Positions 1 through 10,260 of a stretch of 64,000 nucleotides of DNA are shown piece by piece. The stretch's first letter is position 1. Every line of letters begins with the position of its first letter. This DNA comes from Nitrosopumilus sp. (lineage in GTDB: Archaea > Thermoproteota > Nitrososphaeria > Nitrososphaerales > Nitrosopumilaceae), in the NCBI GenBank assembly GCA_965206745.1, contig OZ242220.1, positions 1,088,001-1,152,000 on the forward strand, written 5' to 3'. The position numbers and the translations under genes are program-made. The notes under the pieces are model-generated. The model saw only the letters and a program-made list of their open reading frames with translations. It was not told the origin of the DNA and searched no databases.

Positions 1-1
1 G

Positions 2-1282
2 ATAGGAATTAGAGCAAATGCAGACACTCCAGAGGGAGCAAAGCTTGCAAGAGAATTGGGGGGTCAAGGAATTGGCCTGTGCAGAACTGAGAGAATGTTC
101 AACGGAAGTGATAGAATCAATCTATTTGTAGATATGATCATGGCTGAGAATATTGATCAACGTAACAAGATTCTCAGCAAATTAGGAGAACTACAAAAGA
201 GCGACTTTATTGAAATTCTAAGAGCAATGGAAGGATACGAGGTCACAATCAGACTGTTAGATCCACCGTTGCATGAATTCCTGCCAAATCCAGAAGAATT
301 AGTAGAAAAAATTCACAAGTTGGAACTAAAGAATGCAGCAAGTGAGATTGCAGAAGCAAGGATTGTTCTAAAGAGAGCAAGAGAACTGGCAGAAGTCAAC
401 CCAATGATGGGACATAGAGGGGTAAGAGTTGGAATTACGTATCCGGAAATATATGAAATGCAAATTCGTGCAGTATTTGACGCGCTAGTGGAATTAACAA
501 AGCAAAAAGTAAAAGCACACCCGCAAATCATGATTCCACAAATCAGCAGCATTGCAGAATTAAATCACATAAAGAAAATCTACGACACCATCAAAAAAGA
601 GACAGAATCACAGCACAAAATGAAATTAAAGATTAACTTTGGAACCATGATAGAAGTAGTAAGGGCGGCACTGACTGCAAACGAACTTGCAAGTACTGCA
701 GAATTCTTTAGTTTTGGTACCAACGACTTGACTCAAGGAACATTCAGTTTTAGTCGAGAAGACGTAGAAGGTAAATTTCTTCCAGAGTACATGGAAAAAG
801 AACTTTTGGAGAGAAACCCATTCCAATCAATCGATGTAAACGGAGTAGGCAGTTTGATAAAGATGGGAATCACGGCAGGCCGCAGATTACGACCAAACAT
901 GGAAGTTGGGATATGTGGAGAACACGGAGGAGATCCAAATTCCATCAAATTTTGTCACGGTGCAGGATTAAGTTATGTTAGTGCATCACCACACAGGATT
1001 CCCATTGCAATAGTTGCAGCAGCACAGGCAGCAATTGAGCAACCATCCAAGGCAAAGTCAAGGGTAAAATCCAAGGCAAAGTCAAGGGTAAAATCCAAGG
1101 CAAAGTCAAGGGTAAAATCCAAGGCAAAGTCAAGGGTAAAATCCAAGGCAAAGTCAAGGGTAAAATCCAAGGCAAAGTCAAGGGTAAAATCCAAGGCAAA
1201 GTCAAGGGTAAAATCCAAGGCAAAGTCAAGGGTAAAATCCAAGGCAAAGTCAAGGGTAAAGTCTAAAACAAAGAAAAAATAA
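2..1282 (+). CDS. ppdK: Pyruvate phosphate dikinase, C-terminal part (5' end outside window), with repeat-expanded basic tail
   Basis: Frame open from base 2 (IGIRANADTP...); PEP-utiliser motifs GIGLCRTE, VTIRLLDPPLHEFLP, NPMMGHRGVR, FFSFGTNDLTQ, GICGEHGGDP. Confidence 0.95.
   Translation: MGIRANADTPEGAKLARELGGQGIGLCRTERMFNGSDRINLFVDMIMAENIDQRNKILSKLGELQKSDFIEILRAMEGYEVTIRLLDPPLHEFLPNPEELVEKIHKLELKNAASEIAEARIVLKRARELAEVNPMMGHRGVRVGITYPEIYEMQIRAVFDALVELTKQKVKAHPQIMIPQISSIAELNHIKKIYDTIKKETESQHKMKLKINFGTMIEVVRAALTANELASTAEFFSFGTNDLTQGTFSFSREDVEGKFLPEYMEKELLERNPFQSIDVNGVGSLIKMGITAGRRLRPNMEVGICGEHGGDPNSIKFCHGAGLSYVSASPHRIPIAIVAAAQAAIEQPSKAKSRVKSKAKSRVKSKAKSRVKSKAKSRVKSKAKSRVKSKAKSRVKSKAKSRVKSKAKSRVKSKAKSRVKSKTKKK
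1045..1260 (+). repeat. Perfect tandem repeat, 9 x 24 bp (atccaaggcaaagtcaagggtaaa), encoding (SKAKSRVK)9 in PPDK
   Basis: Read directly; 216 bp = 9 identical units. Confidence 0.97.
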
Positions 1283-1306
1283 ATAATTCATCAGGGCAAT
1301 ATAATT

Positions 1307-1483
1307 ATGACAAAAAGCATTAGCTGTTCAGATGCAGGCAAAGATTGTGGGTGGTCTGCATCAGCAAATTCTGAAGAAGAATTGATGGAAAAAGTAACCA
1401 GGCATGTCATTGATGAACATAAAGAAATTCAGCTTGATGCAAAGACGATTTCAAACATCAAATCACTCATCAAAGACATCTAG
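1307..1483 (+). CDS. Small DUF1059-like metal-binding protein (58 aa; not in ORF track)
   Basis: Manual translation MTKSISCSDAGKDCGWSASANSEEELMEKVTRHVIDEH...; C-x6-C...EEELM...H-x4-H pattern typical of DUF1059. Confidence 0.85.
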   Translation: MTKSISCSDAGKDCGWSASANSEEELMEKVTRHVIDEHKEIQLDAKTISNIKSLIKDI

Positions 1484-1547
1484 ATACATGTTGGATTTTA
1501 CAGCAAGAGCATAGATTTTAAAACAAAGTAAGATCATTCAAAGTCAA

Positions 1548-2105
1548 ATGCTGCCAAGAATTGAATCAATAAAACAAATTAGACAAAAAATAGGTATTAC
1601 ACAGAAGAAACTTGCAAACATGACAGGGGTAAGTACATCAATGATTAATCAAATAGAATCAGGCAGAAGCAAGCCAAGCTATGAAACGGCCAAAAAGATT
1701 TTTGAAAATCTTGCCAAATTAGAAGGAGAGTCATCATCACATACAGCAGGGGATTTTTGTAGTAAAGACATTGTAAAATTAAAACCATCAAACACACTTC
1801 ATGATGCAATTAAAAAAATGCATCAATCATCAATTAGTCAGATACCAATATTTGACAACACAGATGTTGTCGGAGTGATATCTGAAGACGGAATCGTCAA
1901 GCATTTGGCAGATTTAGGTGAGGCGGAATTAAAAAAAGCCAAACTATCAGATACGATGGAATCTGTTCCACCAATAGTGGATTTTGATACCCCAGCAAAC
2001 GTTCTAGTGCCACTGATAAGATATTCCAAATGCATCCTAATTTCAAAAAAATCAAAAATCATAGGAATCATTACAGCCTCAGATACGTTGAAAATGATGG
2101 AATAA
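1548..2105 (+). CDS. XRE-type HTH + CBS-pair transcriptional regulator
   Basis: N-terminal HTH (ITQKKLANMTGVSTSMINQIESGRSKPS) followed by two CBS domains. Confidence 0.9.
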   Translation: MLPRIESIKQIRQKIGITQKKLANMTGVSTSMINQIESGRSKPSYETAKKIFENLAKLEGESSSHTAGDFCSKDIVKLKPSNTLHDAIKKMHQSSISQIPIFDNTDVVGVISEDGIVKHLADLGEAELKKAKLSDTMESVPPIVDFDTPANVLVPLIRYSKCILISKKSKIIGIITASDTLKMME

Positions 2106-2504
2106 CTAGTCTTTAGGATGAGAGCATAGTTCTGCCAGTACACCATGCAATGATTTTGGATGAACAAAAGTAACCCTAGTTCCAGCAGAACCAGGTCTAA
2201 TATCACCTAGGAATTGTATGCCACAACCTTCCATTCGCTCCACCTCACCTTCAATATTGTCAGTTTCCAATGCCATGTGATGTAATCCCTGACCCTTCTT
2301 GTCTAGAAATTTCTTGATAGGGCTAGAATCATTTGTTGGCTGCATTAGTTCCACCCTAGCATTTTCTAGATGAATAATTGCAACTTTGACACCTTCAGAT
2401 TCCACTGTTTCAAACTCTACACTGTCAACACCAAGAGCCTGTTGGTATACTTTGGCGGATTCCTCTACATTATTTACTGCAATTGCAATATGATCAATTT
2501 TCAT
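2106..2504 (-). CDS. mce: Methylmalonyl-CoA epimerase
   Basis: VOC fold motifs IDHIAIAV, GLHHMAL, FVHPKSLHGVLAEL; next to the mutase genes. Confidence 0.93.
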   Translation of the reverse strand: MKIDHIAIAVNNVEESAKVYQQALGVDSVEFETVESEGVKVAIIHLENARVELMQPTNDSSPIKKFLDKKGQGLHHMALETDNIEGEVERMEGCGIQFLGDIRPGSAGTRVTFVHPKSLHGVLAELCSHPKD

Positions 2505-2926
2505 CTAAAGGATCTCTTTGTTTAGATAATTTATGGGTTTTATTTAATACGTAAACTGATTCTCATCGATCTTACTTTCCATCCATACTGATGCCGATTT
2601 AGCATAAGACAGAAGGAAATCTCAAAATTACAACTCGGAGATGCCTAAATTATCAATATTAGTAGAAAGGAATTTTGGGAGACATGTTCAAAAAATCAAA
2701 TCCAGAATCAAATATTGCCTGAAAGCATGTTTCCAGACACAGAATCCCAGAAATGATAGGATCGTGCCTGACCAGGGGTACTACAGAGTAGAGTACCTCT
2801 ACTCTTCTTCAGGATTAGACAGGGCATCACCTCAAATGATATAGAAACAGGCTATATCGATGAGAGAACAAAGTACAATTCAGAGGATTCAGGCAGAGAT
2901 CAAACAGTTCAAAAATGCAATGAAAT

Positions 2927-4528
2927 CTAAAAGACCTCTTTTGGACGATATTCCCCAAACACTTTACGGAACGTATTGCTAATCTCACCAGTTGTGGCAA
3001 AGGCCTTTGCCGCAGTTACAATGTAGGGCATGAGATTCTCTTCAGTCTCAGCTGCACTCTGCATTGCAGATAATGCCTTTTCCAGCTTTTTAGAATCCCT
3101 GTCTGCACGCAGTTTTTTGAGTGCTTTCTTTTGTTGTATCTCAATCCTGCCATCAATCCGCAACAGTTCTGGCTGCTCTTCATCCTCAGCATACTTGTTT
3201 ACACCAACAATTATCCTTTTAGATTCATCAGTCTCTTTTTTAAGACGATATGCGTTTGCACGAATTTCTGATTGGAAGAATCCCTTCTCAATTGCCTTGA
3301 CAGAACCGCCCATCTTCTGAATTTTTTTGAGGTATTTCCACACATCAGCCTCAATTTGATCACACAGTTCCTCAAGATAATAAGAGCCTGCCAAAGGATC
3401 TGCAGTCTTTGTAATCCCGCTCTCATGTGCTACAATCTGCTGGGTTCGAAGCGCAATCTTTGCAGACTCTTGGGTTGGAAGGGCCAATGCCTCATCACGC
3501 GAATTGGTGTGTAATGACTGAGTACCGCCGGCAACTGCGGCCATGGTCTGTATAGCCACACGAACGATGTTGTTGTTTGGCTGTTGTGCAGTTAGTGATT
3601 CGCCACTGGTTTGGGTGTGGAATTTTAATTGTAATGAGCGGGGGTTCTTTGCATGAAACATTTCCTTTAATATTTTAGCATAAACTTTTCTTGCAACTCT
3701 GAACTTTGCAACTTCCTCAAAGAACTCTATCGTACAGCAAAAGAAAAAGGACAAACGTGGCGCAAAGTCATCGATCTTCAATCCCTTGTCAATACAGGTT
3801 TGAATGTATGCAATTGCATTGGCCAGAGTAAATGCAACTTCTTGGGTCGCAGTACATCCGGCTTCCCTCATGTGATATCCAGAGATGGACACAGGATACC
3901 ACGACGGGACTTTTTCAGCACAGTACTCTATCATGTCGCCGATTAACCGCATGGATGGTTCTGGCGGATAGATGTAGGTGTTTCTTGCAATGTACTCTTT
4001 GAGAATGTCATTTTGGGTAGTCCCACGAAGTTCGTTGCTTTTGAATCCCTGTGCCTCTCCAACTGCAATATAGTATGCCAAAAGTGTGGATGCCGTAGAA
4101 TTAATCGTCATTGAGGAGCTGACCTTGCCTAATGGAATGCCATCAAAGGCAGTCATCATGTCTTTGATGGATGTGATTGAGACGCCGACTTTACCCACTT
4201 CCCCTTCAGATTGTGGAGAATCAGAATCATACCCAATCTGAGTTGGTAAATCAAATGCCATGCTAAGACCAGTTTGGCCTTTTTCAAGCATGAACTTGAA
4301 TCGCTCGTTGGTTAATTTTGCATCGCCAAATCCAGAATACTGCCTCATAGTCCAAAATCGTTCACGGAACATGCCAGGATGAATTCCCCTAGTGAAAGGG
4401 TACTTTCCTGCATCCTCAACGGATCGTTTCTTCGAGGATCCTTGATAAATTCGTTTTACAGGATATTGAGAATCTGTAAAGATTCGCTTTTCAGGCATCT
4501 TTGATTTTGTGGGTTTTTTTGCAACCAT
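2927..4528 (-). CDS. Methylmalonyl-CoA mutase, large (substrate-binding) subunit
   Basis: PFTRG, WTMRQYSGFG, GLSMAFDLPTQ, GTTQNDILKEY, SISGYH, GGTQSLHTNS motifs. Confidence 0.95.
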   Translation of the reverse strand: MVAKKPTKSKMPEKRIFTDSQYPVKRIYQGSSKKRSVEDAGKYPFTRGIHPGMFRERFWTMRQYSGFGDAKLTNERFKFMLEKGQTGLSMAFDLPTQIGYDSDSPQSEGEVGKVGVSITSIKDMMTAFDGIPLGKVSSSMTINSTASTLLAYYIAVGEAQGFKSNELRGTTQNDILKEYIARNTYIYPPEPSMRLIGDMIEYCAEKVPSWYPVSISGYHMREAGCTATQEVAFTLANAIAYIQTCIDKGLKIDDFAPRLSFFFCCTIEFFEEVAKFRVARKVYAKILKEMFHAKNPRSLQLKFHTQTSGESLTAQQPNNNIVRVAIQTMAAVAGGTQSLHTNSRDEALALPTQESAKIALRTQQIVAHESGITKTADPLAGSYYLEELCDQIEADVWKYLKKIQKMGGSVKAIEKGFFQSEIRANAYRLKKETDESKRIIVGVNKYAEDEEQPELLRIDGRIEIQQKKALKKLRADRDSKKLEKALSAMQSAAETEENLMPYIVTAAKAFATTGEISNTFRKVFGEYRPKEVF

Positions 4529-4532
4529 ATTA

Positions 4533-5450
4533 TCACTTTACCAAAGATTTTGTGATTTTCTCACCAGCCAAGAATGGATCAATCTCTTTTGATTGTAACT
4601 TGGCAAGGTATCTTGAAAACGTTCTATCAGAGACCAGCATATCATCAATCTTTTCTTTGATGTTATTTAAAACAATATCTTTGAGTTCTGCCTCAAGTCG
4701 TTGTAGGTCCTTGGCCTCTTTGAATCCTCTTTTAGATTTCATCATATCTTTTAGGGTTTTGGCAAATACGGCAATGCCAGAATTCTTTTTTACAGATGTT
4801 TTTAAAATCACAGGATTCCGTTTGGAATCACCAATGAAATCACGAACGGCATCAAAGAGCTGGTTTGTTCCACTAAGGTCACTTTTGTTTACAAGATAGA
4901 TATCCCCAATCTCAGTTAGACCGGCTTTGATAGTTTGTATGCTATCGCCGGTGTTTGGGTTGAAGACGACTACTGTGATATCTGCAATGTTTGAGATCTC
5001 AACCTCGGTTTGTCCAGCCCCCACGCTCTCAATTATGATTGGATCAAATCCGGCATATTCTAAAACACGGATACTATTACGCAGTGAACGAGACACTGCT
5101 CCTGTTGCACCCCTTGATGCAATGCTTCGAATGTATGTTCCAGAATCAGTTGACTCGCTCATCCTAACCCTGTCACCTAGGATGGCACCGCCAGTAACAT
5201 GACTGGTAGGATCAACTGCCAATACAGCGGGCTTTATGCCTAATTTTTTCATAGCCATCGTAGTCTTGTTGATAAGAGAGCTTTTTCCGGCACCTGCAGG
5301 GCCAGTAATTCCAATTATAATTGAATTGCCACTAGATTTGAAAATTTTCTTTAATAGTTTTTTAGCTTCGGTTTGATCATTTTCCACAATTGTGATTGCC
5401 TTTGCAATTGCCCCACGCTTTCCCTTTTTTAGGTCAACAAGCAAATCCAA
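4533..5450 (-). CDS. meaB: MeaB/ArgK GTPase, mutase chaperone
   Basis: GITGPAGAGKSS, AVDPTS, GAILGDRVRM, IESVGAGQ, VNKSD; immediately upstream of the mutase. Confidence 0.93.
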   Translation of the reverse strand: MDLLVDLKKGKRGAIAKAITIVENDQTEAKKLLKKIFKSSGNSIIIGITGPAGAGKSSLINKTTMAMKKLGIKPAVLAVDPTSHVTGGAILGDRVRMSESTDSGTYIRSIASRGATGAVSRSLRNSIRVLEYAGFDPIIIESVGAGQTEVEISNIADITVVVFNPNTGDSIQTIKAGLTEIGDIYLVNKSDLSGTNQLFDAVRDFIGDSKRNPVILKTSVKKNSGIAVFAKTLKDMMKSKRGFKEAKDLQRLEAELKDIVLNNIKEKIDDMLVSDRTFSRYLAKLQSKEIDPFLAGEKITKSLVK

Positions 5451-5496
5451 GATATACTAGGTGAATTGTAGGTGCAATAAAATCTTGTGTTCTGAT

Positions 5497-5904
5497 CTAT
5501 GGAGTGGAATAGATTACAGTAGGAACAGGTTCACCCACAGGGTGAATTTCGGTTTTTAGTTGAACGTGTCCCAGTTCCTCATGATCAATTTCCAAGACAA
5601 CAGGATTAACTGCCCAGCCATACTTTGAGACGGCTGGGAATGGGACTATCTCGATGAACTCTGAATCAGAGAATGTTTTTTGAAACGACTCATCCATGCC
5701 AAGGATCTCCAGGACAACAGTTTCAGTTTTGGCAGAACTATCAATGTATGAAATTTCAACATGTCCAGTATCATAGTAAATTGCCTCTACGGCAAACGTT
5801 TGGCGGAGAATATCCTTGTCATCTGTTGCGCCTCCGGTCAGAAGTACAAGTGCCAATATTGTGAAAACTCCAAGAAAGATTGGAGGGCCAAGTCTTTTAG
5901 CCAT
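5497..5904 (-). CDS. Hypothetical exported/membrane-anchored protein
   Basis: N-terminal hydrophobic helix; start overlaps the aminopeptidase stop. Confidence 0.7.
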   Translation of the reverse strand: MAKRLGPPIFLGVFTILALVLLTGGATDDKDILRQTFAVEAIYYDTGHVEISYIDSSAKTETVVLEILGMDESFQKTFSDSEFIEIVPFPAVSKYGWAVNPVVLEIDHEELGHVQLKTEIHPVGEPVPTVIYSTP

Positions 5905-8398
5905 CTTTGAACTCTTTTCTCATACGTCTGAGGAATTTGGAGTTGACTCTGATTCTTTCCAAAGTTTGAGACTGTGTACGCTCAGTTCCAGGAGTGGGAT
6001 TCTTTTTGAAAAATGCTCTGATTTCTTTCCCCATAGAGTCATCTGCAACAGATACAATGCTGGCCACGATTCTGTTAAAGAGGGGATTTCCATGTCCGAC
6101 TTTTTTGTTGAGGTTTTTCCAGTTTTTCTTTAGCCATGGCCACAGTACCTTCTTGCCGTATGGATTGGCAGCGACCTTCATGATGGGCAGTTGCATGTTT
6201 TGGGAACGGACTTGGGAGGTTTGGGAAAAGTCAAGTGATTTTAAGAGTAATTTCCTATCTTTAAAGCCACACAAGGCGCTTAGGAATCGAAGTTTCTCCT
6301 CCATGGTTTTTGCATTCTTGTAGAGTTTTGTTAGCTCAGAGTGGGTCTTTGAATCTCCGTTCCATGCGGCAATAGAGCATATCGGTTCTATCAAGTCAGG
6401 GGAAATTGAACTGGGGGATTTTAAGAATTTCTTGTATCTTCCTAGCGCCTCATCTGTGACCTCATCATCATTCATTTTGCCCAATACAGAAATTGCAAAT
6501 CCGCGCAATAACGCATCAGTGTGTTTATCAGATTTTTGCGGTTCCCATCCCAGATTGAACAGGATTTTTCTAAAGTAATTTACCGCATAGTCACGAATTT
6601 CTTCTGCAAACGGCTCATCAAATACGCGAAAATACAGGGATGCCAAGTTATGTGCGACATTAACTGATGCCAAGTAGCTGTCCTCATCAAAATATGCATC
6701 TGAAAAGTCAAGATAGTTGCGAACCTGTTCATCACCTGAGACACACAGTGAGAACAAGTCATTTTGGATTGCCCATCTGTCAATTGCAGGAATGCGTTTT
6801 TCATCCACTAGCATCTTCAAGTCAAGCAAAATACCCTCATCATATTTTACGCGATAGAATCCCTTGCGCCCATAATTTGCAACAAAGCCCAAAGTGTTCC
6901 TTGGCAGTTTGACGGACATTGATTTTGCAGTGAACAGCTTTTGTGAAATCTCAGATTCCAATCCCAAGGACATCGGAATGGACCACAGACCCCTGCTGAA
7001 TTTTTGGTCAGGCTCTAAAAGATACCTTTTCTGTCTTAGTTTCAGGATATCCCCGTCCTGACCCACCTCAACAAGAGGGAATCCAGGTTGCTTTAGCCAA
7101 GTATTAACCATGGATAAGACAGGCATTTTTGATGCCTTTCCAATAGCGTTCCACAAATCCTGTCCCTTTGCATTCTGATATTTGAAATCAGAGAGATACT
7201 TTTTGAGTCCCTTTTGAAAGTTTGGCTCGCCAACATAGTGCTCAAGCATTCGAAGAATACATCCGCCCTTATCATATGAGATAGCATCAAAGATCTCACG
7301 GATTTCAGCAGGAGAGTTTACTTGCACATCAATTGGATGTGTAGTTTTGAGGGAATCAAGGCCCATTGCGACATTCATTGCATCCTCTACGAACTGGTTC
7401 CACAGATCCCATTCGGGGTAGAACTTGTCAACAAACTTTGTTGCCATAAAAGTTGCAAAGCTCTCGTTGAGCCACAGATCATTCCACCATTTCATGGTAA
7501 CAAGATTTCCAAACCACTGGTGTGCAATCTCATGTGAGATTACTTCTGCGATGAACTGTTTGGTCCTAGTCGATGATGTTTTAGGATCATAAAGCAGTAT
7601 GGTCTCCCTGAATGTGATTGCACCCCAGTTCTCCATAGCGCCTGCTGCAAAGTCGGGAACTGCAATCAGATCCAATTTGGGCAGAGGATATTTTATTCCA
7701 AAGTATTTTTCATAGGATGTCAAAAGCTTCTTGCCCAAGTCCAGCGAGAACTTGCCTTTGGAACTGTTGCCCCTTGTAGTTATCACCCTGACCTGTATCT
7801 TTCCAACCCTGCCTGTAAGATATTCAAATTCTCCAACTCCAAGATAGATCAAATATGTTGAAACCATAGGGGTCTTTGAAAAATGGTAGACGGTTTTGTT
7901 GCCAAGTTTTTTCTTTGATTTAATCGGCATGTTGGAGATTGCAGTGAATTTGTTATCTGCAATTATTGAAATCTCAAAAGTTGCCTTGGCCTCAGGCTCA
8001 TCCCAGCACGGAAACGCACGTCTGGCATCTGCTGCTTCAAACTGGGTGGTTGCAAGATACTTGGTCTTTCCGTTTTGGGTGTATTGGCTGCGATAGAATC
8101 CAAGCAGCCTATCATTGAGAATTCCCTGAAATTCCAAATCAACGGTAATCCTTCCCCTGACTTTTTGAGATAACCTAATTTCTAATTCTTCTTTTTTCTC
8201 ACTAGTTCTAGTAGAAGACTTTATGATGCTGCCTTTGAATGTCACCTGGCATGAAATAATCTTCAGTTCAGCGCAATGCATCGAGATGAGATCCGTTGAT
8301 TTTTTGCAATCAGCGGTGATGGACTCTGTTCCAGCAAAGGTGAATTCCTTGAGATCCGGCTCAAAAGTTAGCTTGTAATTAATCGGATTTACATCCAT
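5897..8398 (-). CDS. M1 family zinc aminopeptidase
   Basis: GAMEN and HEIAH-x18-E motifs, TQFEAADARRAFPCWDEP, YDKG. Confidence 0.95.
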   Translation of the reverse strand: MDVNPINYKLTFEPDLKEFTFAGTESITADCKKSTDLISMHCAELKIISCQVTFKGSIIKSSTRTSEKKEELEIRLSQKVRGRITVDLEFQGILNDRLLGFYRSQYTQNGKTKYLATTQFEAADARRAFPCWDEPEAKATFEISIIADNKFTAISNMPIKSKKKLGNKTVYHFSKTPMVSTYLIYLGVGEFEYLTGRVGKIQVRVITTRGNSSKGKFSLDLGKKLLTSYEKYFGIKYPLPKLDLIAVPDFAAGAMENWGAITFRETILLYDPKTSSTRTKQFIAEVISHEIAHQWFGNLVTMKWWNDLWLNESFATFMATKFVDKFYPEWDLWNQFVEDAMNVAMGLDSLKTTHPIDVQVNSPAEIREIFDAISYDKGGCILRMLEHYVGEPNFQKGLKKYLSDFKYQNAKGQDLWNAIGKASKMPVLSMVNTWLKQPGFPLVEVGQDGDILKLRQKRYLLEPDQKFSRGLWSIPMSLGLESEISQKLFTAKSMSVKLPRNTLGFVANYGRKGFYRVKYDEGILLDLKMLVDEKRIPAIDRWAIQNDLFSLCVSGDEQVRNYLDFSDAYFDEDSYLASVNVAHNLASLYFRVFDEPFAEEIRDYAVNYFRKILFNLGWEPQKSDKHTDALLRGFAISVLGKMNDDEVTDEALGRYKKFLKSPSSISPDLIEPICSIAAWNGDSKTHSELTKLYKNAKTMEEKLRFLSALCGFKDRKLLLKSLDFSQTSQVRSQNMQLPIMKVAANPYGKKVLWPWLKKNWKNLNKKVGHGNPLFNRIVASIVSVADDSMGKEIRAFFKKNPTPGTERTQSQTLERIRVNSKFLRRMRKEFKDG

Positions 8399-8430
8399 AT
8401 TTTCTGTACTTTGTATGCACTTTAAGAAGA

Positions 8431-9333
8431 TTATTCTTTTGAGGAATGGTCTGCCTTGAGGCCTTTGTAGCGATTTCGTATTGTTACCTCAGTTACCCCT
8501 GCAGCTTCTGCAAGGTCCCGTTGTGTGATTGATACGCCATTCTTTACACATGACAAGTAAAGCGCAGTTGCTGCCAGCCCCATAGGATCCTTTCCGGCTG
8601 ATTCCTTGCGTTCTTGCGCCTCTTTGAGTACCTTGACGGCATATCGTTTTGTTTTTTCAGATATCTCAAGTTTGCTTGAGATTCTTGCAATGCATTGGAT
8701 AGAGTCAACCACAGGCATTTTCAGTTCCAACTCATGATGTAATAGCCTATAGCATCTTGCAATGTCTTTACGTTTAACATTTGCAGCATCTGCAACATCT
8801 TTTAGGGTTCGTGGCGTTTCAGTGTCTCTGCATGCAGCATAAAGGGAGGCTGCAATCATTGCAGAGATTGATCTTCCACGGACTAGTTTTTTCTCCAGTG
8901 CCTTTCTGTAAATGTAAGCTGCCTTTTCTAAAACATTTGCAGGAATTGCAACCTTGTCTTTTAACTTGTTCAAGTCGCTCAGGGCCTGTCTTAGATTCCT
9001 GTCAACTGGCGCGTGAACTTGGCTTCTGCTATCCCATGTTCTGAGTCTCTCAATTGTGCTTTTCATAGATGTTGAAAGAGGCTTGCCAGATGCGTCTTTG
9101 TTTAACGGGTTAATCACGGTGGACAATCCCATGTCATGGATCATAAGCGAGGAGGGGGCACCAGTTCTTGCAGGATCTGCACCGCCATCCTTTTGAAATG
9201 ATCTCCACTCAGGACCAGACTCTTGGGTCTTTTCAGTAATCACATATCCGCATTTTCCACAAAACTGCTCGCCTGTAACTTCATCAGTCAGAAGAGAGTT
9301 TTTCCCGCAGCGGGCACATGTGGGAGTGTCCAT
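8431..9333 (-). CDS. tfb: Transcription initiation factor B (paralog 1)
   Basis: Zn ribbon CARC...CGKC, GPEWRSF B-reader, two cyclin repeats, GVTEVTIRNRY. Confidence 0.95.
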   Translation of the reverse strand: MDTPTCARCGKNSLLTDEVTGEQFCGKCGYVITEKTQESGPEWRSFQKDGGADPARTGAPSSLMIHDMGLSTVINPLNKDASGKPLSTSMKSTIERLRTWDSRSQVHAPVDRNLRQALSDLNKLKDKVAIPANVLEKAAYIYRKALEKKLVRGRSISAMIAASLYAACRDTETPRTLKDVADAANVKRKDIARCYRLLHHELELKMPVVDSIQCIARISSKLEISEKTKRYAVKVLKEAQERKESAGKDPMGLAATALYLSCVKNGVSITQRDLAEAAGVTEVTIRNRYKGLKADHSSKE

Positions 9334-9468
9334 TTAGAAACCATCCCAGTTTTTTTGAGAACTCGCAATTGGGGCAATAGGCAAAATATGATATTCAGGC
9401 ATGCTTTAGACGAAACTCTCATCTATAAGAAGGATGAGTATTTTCGCAAAGGACACGTGCTTTCCAAG

Positions 9469-9729
9469 TCACATGACTGCATTTATTTCAGGTTCGGACA
9501 TTCCACCATAACCGGGATCAATAGTTTGTTTAGGATTCAGAGAGGTATCATGATGACATGCTTTATTACAAACAGGACAAAATTTTCTATCAAGCACAAT
9601 GCATTGGCAGATGTGATTTTTCAGATATGATTGTGCCGCTTGGTTCCACTCCCCAGTCCCGTTACAATAAACACATACACGGGTAGAAGAACCCACACCC
9701 TTGCAGAAATCACAGACATCCTCAGTCAT
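9469..9729 (-). CDS. Small Cys-rich zinc-finger protein
   Basis: CxxCxGxG twice (DnaJ-like) plus further Cys/His clusters. Confidence 0.7.
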   Translation of the reverse strand: MTEDVCDFCKGVGSSTRVCVYCNGTGEWNQAAQSYLKNHICQCIVLDRKFCPVCNKACHHDTSLNPKQTIDPGYGGMSEPEINAVM

Positions 9730-9830
9730 ATCTTACCGTCACTATTGAAGTATGAATCAATATATTTGAAGAGGTGAACAGATGCGAATCAAATAAAGCT
9801 TTTAAAATATCCCAAAATACAACCATAATC

Positions 9831-10253
9831 ATGAAGCAAAAGACCGCATCCCGCAGTATCAAAATTTTGGTGGCCAAACTAGGACTAGATGGCCACGACA
9901 GGGGCGCCCTAGTGTTATGCAGGGCATTTAGAGATGCAGGAATGGAGGTGATCTATTCAGGCCTTTTTGCCACACCAGACAGAATTGCACAGATTGCAGA
10001 GGATGAGGACGTCGATGCAATTGCAATGAGTCTGCTCAACGGGGCTCATGGAACACTGTTTCCAAGAGTAGTCAAGACACTACAAAAGAAAGGAATCAAG
10101 GATGTTTTGATAGTAGGAGGTGGAGTGATTCCAGAAATTGACCATGATGAACTTGTCAAATCAGGAGTTGACCACGTGTTTGGCCCAGGTACACCATTGC
10201 CAACAATCATCGATCACATCACAACCGGTGTTTCTAAATTAAGAAAAATATAA
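9831..10253 (+). CDS. Methylmalonyl-CoA mutase small (B12-binding) subunit
   Basis: DGHDRG (DxHxxG) motif, GGGVIP, VFGPGT; ATG at 9831 preferred over the upstream GTG. Confidence 0.93.
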   Translation: MKQKTASRSIKILVAKLGLDGHDRGALVLCRAFRDAGMEVIYSGLFATPDRIAQIAEDEDVDAIAMSLLNGAHGTLFPRVVKTLQKKGIKDVLIVGGGVIPEIDHDELVKSGVDHVFGPGTPLPTIIDHITTGVSKLRKI

Positions 10254-10260
10254 GAAAAAA

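Noticed and set aside
973-1253. Antisense ORFs (DFTLDFAL)n and (LTLPWILP)n
   Set aside because: Shadows of the 24-bp repeat within ppdK.
2641-2844. 67-aa ORF between mce and the mutase gene
   Set aside because: No recognisable motif; probably a remnant or chance ORF.
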